This document shows positions 11,774-22,074 of a stretch of DNA of 64,000 nt, in pieces (the stretch's first letter is position 1; each line of letters starts with the position of its first letter). The notes under the pieces were generated by a model. That model searched no databases. It was not told the origin of the DNA and saw only the letters and a list, made by a program, of their open reading frames with translations. The position numbers and the translations under genes are program-made. The stretch comes from an uncultured Planctomycetota bacterium (lineage in GTDB: Bacteria > Planctomycetota > Planctomycetia > Isosphaerales > Isosphaeraceae), in NCBI GenBank assembly GCA_963737655.1, contig CAVTTN010000002.1, positions 5,440,001-5,504,000 of the forward strand, written 5' to 3'.

Positions 11774-12718
11774 CTAGTCGGCTCCGGGCCCGGGCACCAG
11801 GACGCGGAGGGCCCCGGCCTGGACGGAAAACTCCACGGGGGTCTGGGTTCGGATCTCGCCGTCGAGGTTCACGGGCAAGTCGGGGGCGGTTTCGAGCCGG
11901 AGGGTCGGGGTCCGAAGATAGGCATCCCCGGGGCGTTCGAGGCAGATGTTCATCCTCTGGAGGAAGACGGTCCGCAGCAGCTCCCAGCGGCCCCGGGCCC
12001 CCAGGGCGTAGGCCGTCAGGGCCCCGTCGTCCAGGGTGCTCGGGCCGTCGACCAGGACGCCCCCTCCATAAAACCGGCCGTTGGCCACGACGACCTGATG
12101 GGCCCGCCCTTCGCGATGCCCCTCGGGGCCTTTCAGGACGAATCGGAACGTGGTATGGCGAAAAAGGGCCCGCGCCCCGGCCACGGCGTAGGCGATCGGC
12201 CCGACCGTCCGTTTCAGGAGGGGCGAGAGGGCCTGGGTCGCCGCGACCGAGAGCCCGACGCTCGCCACGTTCAGGAAATAGGCGTCGTTGGCCCGGGCGA
12301 GATCGACGGCCGTGGTGACCGATCCGGCGGCGACCTCGGCGGCGCGGTCCAGGTCGGCGGGAATGCCCAGGGTCCGGGCGAAGTCGTTGGCCGTGCCCAG
12401 GGGGAGGACGCCGAGCGTCACGCCCGACCGGGCGGCCCTCGGGGCGACCGAGCCGATCGTGCCGTCCCCCCCGCCGACGATCAGCCGGTCAATCCCCTGG
12501 CGGAGGACGGCCTCCAGGGCCGGGCCCATCCGCCCGGGGCGGGAGACCCGGAGGACCCGGACCAGGTCCAGGCCGGACCGGGACAGGGCCGCGGAGGCCA
12601 CGTCCCGGGCGAGCCGGCCCCGGCGGCTCCGGGCGTTGATCAGGAGGGCCGCTCGGCCCGCCCCGACCGTGGGGGGCGGCGGGGCCTCGGCCTCGTTCGC
12701 GGTCACGGCGGGCCTCAT
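11774..12718 (-). CDS. YegS/Rv2252/BmrU family lipid kinase (DAGK-like)
   Basis: INARS, GGGDGT, LPLGTANDFARTL, FLNVASVG, ANGRFYGGG and NLDGE motifs. Confidence 0.92.
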   Translation of the reverse strand: MRPAVTANEAEAPPPPTVGAGRAALLINARSRRGRLARDVASAALSRSGLDLVRVLRVSRPGRMGPALEAVLRQGIDRLIVGGGDGTIGSVAPRAARSGVTLGVLPLGTANDFARTLGIPADLDRAAEVAAGSVTTAVDLARANDAYFLNVASVGLSVAATQALSPLLKRTVGPIAYAVAGARALFRHTTFRFVLKGPEGHREGRAHQVVVANGRFYGGGVLVDGPSTLDDGALTAYALGARGRWELLRTVFLQRMNICLERPGDAYLRTPTLRLETAPDLPVNLDGEIRTQTPVEFSVQAGALRVLVPGPGAD

Positions 12719-12723
12719 CGGGA

Positions 12724-13196
12724 TTATCGGCGGCGGTGGACCGGCGGTCGGCCGCTGTTGGCGATCACCGTCTTGACCCACGCCACGTTGCGGTCGAGCT
12801 CGTCGCGAGTCCTCTGGAAACTGTCGAAGCTCTTGAGGAGTCGGGGCAGGCCGAGGAGGACCAGGAGCCCGCCAGGACCGCGCCCCCGGCCGCGACGATC
12901 AGGTAGGCCCAGCCGCGATGGGCCAGGCCCAGGCCGTCGGCCAGGAGCTCGGCCAGGCCGATCATGAGGACCGGCAGGGCGGCCACGAGGACGGCGGCCC
13001 CCCCGGCGACCAGGCCCAGGGGGATGGTCGCCTTGACCACCGTGGCCTTCAGGTCCACCACGGCGAGCTTCGCCTGGAGCTCGACCAGGCTCGCCACGTC
13101 GTTGGCCAGGTCGGCGAGGTTGCCGAAGACCCCGGCCGTCAGCGGCGAGTTCACCGGCACCCGCTTCCCGCCGTTCACCGACGCTTGGTCAGCCAT
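12724..13196 (-). CDS. Phage_holin_3_6 / YqjE-like membrane protein (frameshift near 12875)
   Basis: LANDVASLVELQAKLAVVDLK followed by two TM helices; second frame FQRTRDELDRNVAWVK to TAA at 12724; the start may instead be GTG at 13178. Confidence 0.75.
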
Positions 13197-13387
13197 CCCA
13201 GGAGCACCCCCATGCCGAGCGCCAGGCCCAGGGCCTGCGCGGGCTTCTCGACCGTGAATTTCTTCACGAATTCGCCGCCCAGCACGGCCTTCTCCCGGGC
13301 CGAGGCGGCGAATTCCATCGCCCTTTCCTTCACCTGATCGGCGACCGTCTCGGCGCCGACCTCCACGTCTCGGATGCGATCAATCAT
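13175..13387 (-). CDS. DUF883/ElaB-like small membrane-anchored protein
   Basis: C-terminal EKPAQALGLALGMGVLLGWLTKRR. Confidence 0.75.
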   Translation of the reverse strand: MIDRIRDVEVGAETVADQVKERAMEFAASAREKAVLGGEFVKKFTVEKPAQALGLALGMGVLLGWLTKRR

Positions 13388-13426
13388 CGCCGTGCCCCGC
13401 TGGGAAATGGGATGTTCCGGCCCCGG

Positions 13427-13957
13427 TCACCTCGGCCGGGAGCCTCCGGGCCGAGGTCCACCCTGCTGGGGAGGCATCCCCGGCCCCGCGAACCCGCCCG
13501 GGACGCCGAACCCCGGCGGACCGGCCGATTGCTGGGCCTGCTGCTGCTGGGCGATCCAGCTCTCCACGTAGGCCATCGCGTAATTCTGGGCCGCCTTGAG
13601 CAGGAACGGACTCAGCAGGGCGAACGCGCCGCCGATCAGGCCCTTTTTCTTCGGCTCGGCGGCCTTCGGCTTGATCGATTCGGAGGCGGCTTCCGCCTTC
13701 TCCCCGACCTCGGCCAGGACGGCCTCCGCCGCCTTCCTCGCCGTCTTCGAGACCGACCTCCGCCGCCTCGGGACGATCAGGAACCCGCCCACGAAGGCCA
13801 GGCCGAGCGCGGCGAACGGATAGAGGCGGACGTAATGTTTCCAGTCCGAGGCCGCTTCCGCCCCCGCCACCACGCCCTGCATGTCCTGATGGAGCCGCTG
13901 GCGGATCTGGGCCATGTTGCGGCGGATCTCATCCACATCGTCGGTCACCGTGGCCAC
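13427..13957 (-). CDS. DUF3618-like / YqjK-like membrane protein
   Basis: DEIRRNMAQIRQRL...DWKHYVRLYPFAALGLAFVGGFLIVPRRR; GTG start after GAGG. Confidence 0.7.
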   Translation of the reverse strand: MATVTDDVDEIRRNMAQIRQRLHQDMQGVVAGAEAASDWKHYVRLYPFAALGLAFVGGFLIVPRRRRSVSKTARKAAEAVLAEVGEKAEAASESIKPKAAEPKKKGLIGGAFALLSPFLLKAAQNYAMAYVESWIAQQQQAQQSAGPPGFGVPGGFAGPGMPPQQGGPRPGGSRPR

Positions 13958-14016
13958 GGTCGCGTCCTCGTCGAGCCGGTTCGGGCCTCTAGGCCCTCTC
14001 TGGCGAGCCGTTCCAC

Positions 14017-14031
14017 GCAAGAGGCGTGCCG
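14017..14031 (-). promoter_or_regulatory. Sigma-54 (-24/-12) promoter for the 13957-11774 operon
   Basis: Minus strand CGGCACGCCTCTTGC: matches GGCACG-N4-TTGC. Confidence 0.75.
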
Positions 14032-14162
14032 ATCCGCCCCCATTCCCGGGCGGGAGGACCGGCCCGGACGCCCCCATTTCGCCTTGCTTCCGGCCAGTCG
14101 ATGGTTTAGCCTCTCTCCGACCGAGAGTTCGCATCCTATGGTCCGAGGGAAGGAGCCCTCCG

Positions 14163-15463
14163 ATGATCCTTTCATGGACTCGAACCGCCGAGCCCGCCCC
14201 CGACGGGGTGCCCGGGACCGAGGAGCCGTCGGCCGTCGAGGTCGTCCGGGCCGTCCTCCTGGCCCTGGCCTTCGTCGCCGCCACCCGCTTGCCCGTCGCC
14301 CGGCCCTCGGCCATGGAAATGGATGAGGTGGGCTACCTGGAGATGATCCGGGAAGCCGACTTCCCCAAGCATCACACCCTGTTCCTCGCCGGCGCCAAGA
14401 TGGTGGGGGAATGGGCCGGCGATCCCTACCGGGGGTTCGTCTTCCTGGACGTGGCCGTCAGCGGGCTGGCCCTGGCCGCCCTCTGGTGGTGGCTCCGCGC
14501 GATCGTCGCGCCCGGACGGCCCTGGGCGTGGCCCTGGTCGTCGGTTGCGGGCCGGTGTTCTGGGCCTATGGGGGGATGGCGGCGAATTATCCGGCCATCC
14601 CGCTCGTCGGCTCGGTCCTCCTGGGGATCGCCTGGAGAGGCCGGACCGACCCCCGCCCCTGGCATCCGTTCGTCGCGGCCGTCGTCCTGGCGATCGGGGC
14701 CGGCTATCGCCAGGACATCGGCACCTTCTGGCTCCCGGTCTTCCTCGTGATCCTCTGGCACCATCGATGGATGGAAGCCGCCCAGGCCCTCCTGTTGTTC
14801 GCCCTGATCAATTTCGCCTGGCTGATCCCGATGCTTCGCGATGCCGGGGGCTGGGCGCTCTATCGTCAAGAGACGTCGAAGTTTGCGTACAAATCGGGCT
14901 ACCTCAACTCGATCTGGCACCTCGGGCCGATCGACGCCACCCTCCGCTACGCGGTCAAGGCGGGGATGGCGCTGATCTGGACGCTCGGCCTCGGGCTCCT
15001 GTTCATCCCCCGGGGGCTGGCGAGGCTGAGGAACGTGGAGGGCGGCCGGACCCTGGGCGTCCTGATGCTCCTGGCCGTCATCCCGGCTCTGGGCATGCAT
15101 TTGCTCATTCACTTCGGAGTCGCCGGCTACGCCTTCCACTACGTCCCGGCCCTGGCCGCTCTGGTCGCGCTGGGGATCTGCGGGAAACGGGGGGATTGCG
15201 TCGGCCTTCGCCGCTCGATCGCCCTGGCCGTCTCGTCGGCGGCGTTGTTCCTGTTCTATCCGACCGACCTGAACCGAACCGACATGAGGGGGAATTTCGA
15301 CCTGGCGTTCGCGAGGCATACGCGGATCGGCCTGGCCACCCGGCCTCCGTTGCGCGACCCGGACGTCTGGAGAACCTACAACTCGCAACTCCTGCCCGGC
15401 AACGACCCTGCGAACCTGCCAACGGCCCCGAGGCGCTCGCTGGCCGAGCTTCTCCGGCGGTGA
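14163..15463 (+). CDS. Polytopic membrane protein, GT-C glycosyltransferase-like (frameshift near 14520; start uncertain)
   Basis: First TM followed by EMDEVGY and FPKHH; many TM helices; GAGYRQD motif. Confidence 0.65.
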
Positions 15464-15472
15464 GAGCCTGCC

Positions 15473-15557
15473 CGGGGTCGCATGCCCACGTCCTCGTGGG
15501 CATGTTTTTTCTCAACGGTTGTGTCCATGCCCACGAGGACGTGGGCATGCCACCCCG
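15473..15557. repeat. REP family 2 inverted doublet
   Basis: cggggtcgcatgcccacgtcctcgtgggcatg ... catgcccacgaggacgtgggcatgccaccccg, between convergent genes. Confidence 0.85.
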
Positions 15558-15565
15558 ACAGCCCG

Positions 15566-16837
15566 TTAGAACGGCGTGACGCTTCCGCCCGTGGCCGGCT
15601 TGGCCGGGGCCTTGGGGGCGGCGGCCTTCGTCGGGGCCGAGGCCCCGGCCTTGGTTCTCGCCCCAACTCCCTTGGTGGGCTGGTTATCGGGCGAGCCGAT
15701 CGGCGCGATCCGGCCGGTCGAGGGCCGGGCCGGGCCTCCGATCGGCGGGGAGACGTCCATCAAGGTCCCGGCGTTGCCGTTGACGGCCCCGGAGACCGCC
15801 GCCTCGCCGCTGAACCGGATCACCGTCCCGGCGATCAACGGCACGGACGACTCGACGATCACCGCGTCGCTGGGCAAGAACGCGCCCGAGACCTGGGTGC
15901 GCTCGAACCCGGCGTCTCCCAGGACCTTGACGGGCAGGTCCAGGATATTGCCATATCGGGCAATCTGGACCATGGCGCCGCCGCTCTCTGACTCCTTCAC
16001 GGCCCGGTTGGCCACGGCGGTGATCGGGGCCGTGGGGGTGAACGGTCCCCGGGCCCTCTGGCCCGGCTCCAGGGCCCCGTTGGGGTTGGGGATGATCGTC
16101 CAGGCCGCCGCCCAGGGCACCGCCAGCTCCCGGAGGGCCGCGTAGGTCTCCGGCAGGGGGACCAGCGACTGGACCTTCCCCGCCACCGGTTTGCCCTCGA
16201 CGATCAGCTCCAAGTCATTGCCGGGATTGACCGTCGTGCGATCGACCGGGACCAGAACCTTGAGGGTCGAGACGTCGGCGACCTCGGCGATGTTGATCCC
16301 CTTGGCCACGTACTGGCCGGGGGAGACCGGCGCGGCCATCAGCTTGCCGGCGAACGGGGCCCGGAGCGTGCAGCGCTCGAGCTCCAGCTTCGCCAGGTCG
16401 GCCCGGGCCCGGGCGGCCTCGACCCGGGCCAGGGCCACGGCCGATTTGGTCGGCGCGGCCTCGGCCTCCGCCTCCTTGACGTTCGCTTCGGCGATTCGGA
16501 GCTTGACCATCGCCTCGGATCGGTCCAGTTTGGCGATTTCGGCGCGGTCGCGGACGGCCGATCCGACCGGGATCGGCACGTCCTGGATGATCCCATCCAT
16601 CGGCGCCATCAGGATCACGCGCCGGCTCGGCTCCAGGACGACGGGGACGGCGTAGCGATCGGGGTAAATCAGGTCGATCTGGGCGGTTTCGACGGTGGCC
16701 TGGAGGGTCGGCGACGGCGAGCCGGCCGCCTTGCCGGCCGCTCCCGGGCCGGTCCCCGGCTGCGGGCCCTGGCCCCACGCCGCGACGCTCAACACGGCCG
16801 CCGCGGCCAGTCCCGACCCGATCGCTCGATAGCGCAT
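15566..16837 (-). CDS. HlyD/RND periplasmic adaptor-like (membrane fusion) protein
   Basis: Signal peptide; APMDGII lipoyl half-motif, helical hairpin, LRAPFAG and VSPGQYV; low-complexity tail. Confidence 0.82.
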   Translation of the reverse strand: MRYRAIGSGLAAAAVLSVAAWGQGPQPGTGPGAAGKAAGSPSPTLQATVETAQIDLIYPDRYAVPVVLEPSRRVILMAPMDGIIQDVPIPVGSAVRDRAEIAKLDRSEAMVKLRIAEANVKEAEAEAAPTKSAVALARVEAARARADLAKLELERCTLRAPFAGKLMAAPVSPGQYVAKGINIAEVADVSTLKVLVPVDRTTVNPGNDLELIVEGKPVAGKVQSLVPLPETYAALRELAVPWAAAWTIIPNPNGALEPGQRARGPFTPTAPITAVANRAVKESESGGAMVQIARYGNILDLPVKVLGDAGFERTQVSGAFLPSDAVIVESSVPLIAGTVIRFSGEAAVSGAVNGNAGTLMDVSPPIGGPARPSTGRIAPIGSPDNQPTKGVGARTKAGASAPTKAAAPKAPAKPATGGSVTPF

Positions 16838-17609
16838 GGCCCGCCTCCACCATCGGTCAAGAAGGAGAGGACAGCCGGCCCCGAACCGGTCGCCCGCTCG
16901 CCCCAACCTAATGCCGAGGGCCGCCCCGGTCAACCGTCGGGTCCGCCCCTCGCCCACGATCGGCCCCGGCGACGATCGGGGCCCGCCCGCTCGCCCATCC
17001 CTTCCCATACATCGCGACCGCCCCCGGCCCGTGATCGCCCGCCCCGACCGATTTTTCCCGGAGGCCCCCGCGTGAGTGACGCCGCGATGACACTCCGGGG
17101 CCTCGCGGAGGGTCGCGAAGTGTCCCGATTTCCGGACATTTTCGGGCCCGAGGCATGTAGGACTCCGACGAGGGAAGTCCCCGAAGGAAAACGCCTTGCG
17201 TCGCACCAATCGACGAATCATTGTATCGTCATGCGTACCATGGTACGAGCGAGTGGCACGCGGAAAACGCTTGTTTCTGGCTGTCCGGGCCACTTTTCGC
17301 GCGAAAAGTGTAGTGAACTTTCCTGGGATCGCCGGACTCGCATTTCTGGATCGAAAGTTGTTGAACGTGTGATCGATTTGGCGATTCTGGATCCCAATGG
17401 CGGGCCGGGCCGCGATCCGGCTTGCGTCGGGCCGTTGCTTTCTGTATACCCACGAACACCTGGGCGGGTTGCGGGAATCCCAATGCGCATTCCATATTCA
17501 TGGGCCATGATGCGTGTTCCCGGATTTCCCGCCGGCCGTCCGCCGCGATCGGTGCCGCCGCTCCTCGTGGCCTCGGGGACGGTGGGGACGAGGGTGATAC
17601 GGAGGGGAA

Positions 17610-18155
17610 ATGGCGCGATATGTTGCGTTCTTGAAGGGGATCAACGTCGGCGGCCGGCGGGTCAAGATGGAGAGGCTTCGGGGTCCGTTCGAGGAGCTGG
17701 GGTTCTCGTCGGTCTCGACGCTCCTGGCCAGCGGGAACGTGGTGTTCGAGGCCCCGGGAGACGATGCCCCGGCCCTGGAGGCGGCGATCGAGGGGCAGCT
17801 CAAGGCGTCCCTGGGGTTCGAGGTCGAGACGTTCGTGAGGACGGCCGAGGAGGTCGCGGCGGTGGCGGGTTCCCGGCCCTTCGGGGTCGAGGTCGTGGAG
17901 GGGCCGGGCGTGTCGGTCCAGGTGCTCTTCCTGCGGGTCGCCCCGGGCGAGGAGGCCGAGCGGGCCGTGATGGCGTGTCGGACCGATTGCGATGATTTCC
18001 GGGCGATCGGCCGCGAGCTGTTCTGGCTCCGCCGGGGTCGGGTGTCGGATTCCGAGGTCCCCTGGGCGATGCTGGGGCGCAAGGTCCTGGGTTCCGGGAC
18101 GATGAGGAACCTGGAGACGGTCCGCAAGCTCGCCAGGCCCGGGGCGTCCGCGTGA
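17610..18155 (+). CDS. DUF1697 domain protein
   Basis: YVAFLKGINVGG, VKMERL, TLLASGNVVF and GTMRNLETVRKL motifs. Confidence 0.92.
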   Translation: MARYVAFLKGINVGGRRVKMERLRGPFEELGFSSVSTLLASGNVVFEAPGDDAPALEAAIEGQLKASLGFEVETFVRTAEEVAAVAGSRPFGVEVVEGPGVSVQVLFLRVAPGEEAERAVMACRTDCDDFRAIGRELFWLRRGRVSDSEVPWAMLGRKVLGSGTMRNLETVRKLARPGASA

Positions 18156-18340
18156 GAGGAGCGGGCGGGGGCTCGGCCCGGCCCGGGATTCGGGTCCCGC
18201 CGGCGGGCGGAGATCGCGAGGGCGGGGGGGCGCCCTCCTTCTCTCCGAGGTTCCTCGGAGTTATCCTGATCGCCCGACCCTGGGCCCTCGGTTGTGTTGG
18301 GGCCGGGTCTCCCGTCCCTCTCTACGGATGAGGTGGTTTT

Positions 18341-19096
18341 GTGAAGAAGTTCCTCGGCGTGGCTCTGTTGATGGTCCCGGCGATGGCCCCGATCGGCGCC
18401 TCTCGGGCCGACGAGAAGGCGGCCATGGCCGTCCTGGACAAGGCGATCGCGGCGATGGGCGGCGAGGAGGCGCTGGCCAAGGCGAAGGTCCTCTCGTGGA
18501 AATCCAAGGGGACGATCACGATCATGGGGGACGAGAACCCGATCTCGACCACCGCGGTCGTCGAGGGCCTCACGCGTTACCGGGGCGAGTTCATGGGGGA
18601 ATTCAACGGCAACGAGATCAAGGGCGTGACCGTCCTGGACGGCGACAAGGCCTGGCGGAAGTTCGGCGACAACCTCATGGAGATCGAGGGAGACGGCCTG
18701 GAGCGCGAGAAGAGGACCGTCTACCTCCAGGTCGTCGCCGTCCTGCCCGGTGTCCTGAAGGAGAAGGGTTTCAAGGTCGACACGACCGACGACCAGAAGG
18801 TCGGCGACAAGCCGGCGGCGGCCCTGAAGGTGACCGGGCCCGAGGGCAAGACCTTCACGCTCGCCTTCGACAAGGAGACGGGCCTGCCGGTCAAGATGGT
18901 CGCCCAGGTCCCCGGCTTCGGCGGCGACGAGTATACCCAGGAGACGACCTTCTCCGACTACAAGGACTTCGGCGGGATCAAGAAGGCCACGAAGATCGAG
19001 AGCAAGCGCGACGGCGAGAAGTTCCTCGAAACGACGACGACCGACTTCAAGACGATGGACAAGGCGCCGGCCGACGCCTTCGCCAAGCCCGAGTGA
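18341..19096 (+). CDS. Secreted hypothetical protein (LolA-like / lipoprotein-sorting fold possible)
   Basis: Signal peptide; LDKAIAAMGGEEAL, FDKETGLPVK and FSDYKDFGGIK motifs. Confidence 0.75.
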   Translation: MKKFLGVALLMVPAMAPIGASRADEKAAMAVLDKAIAAMGGEEALAKAKVLSWKSKGTITIMGDENPISTTAVVEGLTRYRGEFMGEFNGNEIKGVTVLDGDKAWRKFGDNLMEIEGDGLEREKRTVYLQVVAVLPGVLKEKGFKVDTTDDQKVGDKPAAALKVTGPEGKTFTLAFDKETGLPVKMVAQVPGFGGDEYTQETTFSDYKDFGGIKKATKIESKRDGEKFLETTTTDFKTMDKAPADAFAKPE

Positions 19097-19217
19097 CGCC
19101 GACCGGGCGGGGCGTCGGCGCGAGAAATGCCCTCAGTCCCTGGCCGGTCGGGCGCGGTCCCCGAGGGCCGCGCCCCGCCCGGCCAGGCCCCTTCCCCGAG
19201 TTTCGGAGACATCCTCG

Positions 19218-20126
19218 ATGGGCATCCTCCGCGTCGTCGCGAGTCTGGCCGTGGTCGCGATCGTCGGGCCCGGGACGAGCCGGGCCCAGGTCGGCGGCAA
19301 CATCAACTTCGGCGGGGGCGGCGGCCGGGCCCGCGCCGAGGCCGCCGAGAAGGCCAAGCGCACCCTGGCCGAGACCGACCTCCCGCCGACGTCCACCAGC
19401 ATGTTCCTCGAGGCGAACGTGCTCATGAACGTGAAGGCCGACGAGTACGTGGTCGTCTTCGGGATCGCCCGGGACGGCGCGACGGCCGAGGAGTCCGCGA
19501 CGAAGATGGACGCGACGATCGCGGCGTTCTCCGAGGGGCTGCGGGCCCTGAAGGTCGCCGAGTCCGAGGTGTTCGTCGATTTCGTCGCCCAGGACAAGAT
19601 CTACGGGTTCGACATCGTGGGCGACGTGGCCACGGAGAAGTTCGTCGGCCTCGAATTGAAGAAGAACGTGTCGATCCGCTACAAGGAGCACGCCACGCTC
19701 GACCGGATCATCGCCGCGGCGAACAAGGCCGAGGTGTTCGACCTGGTCAAGGTCGATTACGTCGTCAAGGACGTGGAGGCGGTCCGCGACAAGCTCGCGG
19801 GGGAAGCCGCGAGGGTCCTCAAGAAGAAGGCCGAGAGGCACCAGAAGCTGCTCGGGATCACGCTCCGGCCGCCGGCCCAGGTGTTCGCCGAGCGGTCCTC
19901 GACCTATTTCCCCAGCCAGATGTATGATTCCTACGTCGCGCAGGAGGCCGAGCAGGTCATCGATCCCTCGTTCCGGCAGAGGCACACCGTCCACGGGCTC
20001 CGCAAGGGCCGGACGTTCTTCTTCAACGGCCTCGACGCCGGCGAATTCGACGCCGTGGTGAACCCCTCGCCCCTGGAACCGCCGGTCCAGTTCACGCTGT
20101 ACCTGAAGGTCAAATACGAACGGTGA
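19218..20126 (+). CDS. SIMPL (DUF541) domain protein, secreted
   Basis: Signal peptide; VKADE, conserved two-helix pattern, terminal VQFTLYLKVKY strand. Confidence 0.7.
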   Translation: MGILRVVASLAVVAIVGPGTSRAQVGGNINFGGGGGRARAEAAEKAKRTLAETDLPPTSTSMFLEANVLMNVKADEYVVVFGIARDGATAEESATKMDATIAAFSEGLRALKVAESEVFVDFVAQDKIYGFDIVGDVATEKFVGLELKKNVSIRYKEHATLDRIIAAANKAEVFDLVKVDYVVKDVEAVRDKLAGEAARVLKKKAERHQKLLGITLRPPAQVFAERSSTYFPSQMYDSYVAQEAEQVIDPSFRQRHTVHGLRKGRTFFFNGLDAGEFDAVVNPSPLEPPVQFTLYLKVKYER

Positions 20127-20150
20127 CCTCAAGGCTAGAAATGTGTTTCT

Positions 20151-20312
20151 GTAGGGTGCATGAAATGCACCAAGCCCGCGGCGGCCACCGGCCGCCCACC
20201 ACGCTCCTCATTCGGTTCGCCGGGACAACTTCGACGAGGGAAGCGAGACGAGGGAAGGAAAATGTGGGCGGCCGGTGGCCGCCTCGGGCTTGGTGCATTT
20301 CATGCACCCTAC
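20151..20312. repeat. REP family 1 REPIN-like inverted element
   Basis: About 50-bp inverted arms starting GTAGGGTGCATGAAATGCACCA. Confidence 0.92.
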
Positions 20313-21817
20313 GAGGGATTGATCCTCACGGTGACGAGTCCCGGCCTGGGGCTTCGGATCGCCAGGACGTGGCCGACCGGGTCCCATCGCGTGGTGGCGT
20401 CGATCGGGTCCGTCGCGATCGGCGTCCCGGGCGGGAAGGCGGACGGGGGCAGGAAGACCTCGGTCTCGCCGAGTTCGGGTCGGTGGAACCAGGACATCAA
20501 GAGGGCATTCCCCCTCGGCGCACGGCCCTCGACGAACCGGAACGACCGAGGCTCGCCGGCGATCGCCCGGGGGAACGGCCTGGGCCGGAAGTTCGGCCGG
20601 ATCGCCCCGGAGGGCAGCGAGATGCTGAAATCCTCGCCGTTCCAGCCGTCCTTGAGGACCGGGTCCCAGTGGGGGGTGAGGTTCCACTGGGCGCCCGAGG
20701 CGAAGGTGTCGTCGAGCCTGTCGTAGAGGTAGGCGATGTAGTCCCCGCCGGCCTCCCCGGCGCCCGCCGGCGCGCCGAACTCGCTGACGAATAGCGGGAC
20801 GCACCATTCGTTCGCCTGCGCCCTCATGTGAGCGAACGCCAGGTCGATCGCGGCGTGGCCCCCGTGCCAGCCCTTGGTCAAGACCACCGACGGCTTGTAA
20901 TAATGGGGCGAGTAGACCGCCCCGGCGGACCCGGGCCGGGGGAGTTTGGTCCTCAGGCCGCAGTTCGTGGTGACGTGCCCCTCGACGAAGATCATCGCCG
21001 AGGGGTCCTCGGCGCGGATCGCGGCGGAGGCGTCGCGATACAGCGGGGCGAGCTCGGTCCTCTCGTCGCCCCACGGCTCGTTCAGGAGGTCATAGCCGAT
21101 CACCGACGGCTCGGAGGCGAACGCCCGGGCGACCGTCCTCACCATGATCAGGTAGCGGGTCCTCACGCCGAACGCATCGGAGAAGAAATCGTTGAAGGAC
21201 TTGTGGACGGCCAGGTCCGAGGCCATCTTGAGGGGCCAGTCGGCGCATTTCGGGCCGTTGTCCGGGGCGCTGGGACGGGCCCGGGGGCTCACGGCCCATC
21301 TCGGGAAGCCGTCGCCGCTGCCCCGGGCGGTGAACCGCGAGAAGCCGTCCTGGTGGAAGTCCAGGATCACGTAAAGGCCGCGGCGGCCGGCTTCGCTCAC
21401 GATCGATTTCAGGCGATCCAAATACGACCAATCATAAGAACCCCGGCACGGCTCGAGGGCCTCCCAGACCACCAGCAATCGCAGGCAGTTGAAGCCCAGG
21501 GCGGCGATCCGGTCGAGGTCGGCGGGGTCGTCCGAAGGGACGAACGGCGGGACCTTGGAATCTCCGGCGAGATTGATCCCCCGGAGCACGACCACGCGGC
21601 CCGAGGGGTCGAGGAAGTGCCGCCCGGAGGCGCGCAGGGCCGGCTTCGCGGCGATCGCCCGGGGGGCGTCCGCGACGTCGCGCCCTCGGGCGATCCGGGG
21701 AATGAAGGCCGAGGCGACCATCGCGGCGAGGGCCCGGCGGCGGCCGATCGGCGGCGAGGGCGTCCGTGCCGTCGTCGTCATCGTGGGGGGGACCGTCGAA
21801 TCCTGGACGGATCTCAT
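20309..21817 (-). CDS. Glycoside hydrolase family 5, endoglycoceramidase-like
   Basis: LRGINL, WEALEP, ILDFHQD, GDGFPRW, YDLLNEP (acid/base), SPHYY, VSEFG (nucleophile), RPFPRAIAG; Tat-like RRR leader. Confidence 0.9.
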   Translation of the reverse strand: MRSVQDSTVPPTMTTTARTPSPPIGRRRALAAMVASAFIPRIARGRDVADAPRAIAAKPALRASGRHFLDPSGRVVVLRGINLAGDSKVPPFVPSDDPADLDRIAALGFNCLRLLVVWEALEPCRGSYDWSYLDRLKSIVSEAGRRGLYVILDFHQDGFSRFTARGSGDGFPRWAVSPRARPSAPDNGPKCADWPLKMASDLAVHKSFNDFFSDAFGVRTRYLIMVRTVARAFASEPSVIGYDLLNEPWGDERTELAPLYRDASAAIRAEDPSAMIFVEGHVTTNCGLRTKLPRPGSAGAVYSPHYYKPSVVLTKGWHGGHAAIDLAFAHMRAQANEWCVPLFVSEFGAPAGAGEAGGDYIAYLYDRLDDTFASGAQWNLTPHWDPVLKDGWNGEDFSISLPSGAIRPNFRPRPFPRAIAGEPRSFRFVEGRAPRGNALLMSWFHRPELGETEVFLPPSAFPPGTPIATDPIDATTRWDPVGHVLAIRSPRPGLVTVRINPS

Positions 21818-22074
21818 CGGCGCGAGATCCGCTCACGCCACGGCCCTGTCATCGACCCGACGACGCCCGATGGATCAGCCTCCGGGCGAGGGATTCGGCC
21901 CGGATCGACGGCGCAATCGCTACAGGCGGACCGGTCAAGGGCCCCGATCCCCGGGCGGATTCGGCGGGCCCGACGGCGCTTGCACACCCCCACGGGCGAG
22001 GTTACGATCGCCGAAGTCCGAGGCGACCGACCTCCCCATCTCTCCCGGCCGGGCAAGAAAGGCGAAACCTCCCC

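Noticed and set aside
12724..13196. Holin-family gene as evidence of a prophage
   Set aside because: The context is a DUF883/DUF3618 stress operon, and there are no phage structural, lysis or integrase genes.
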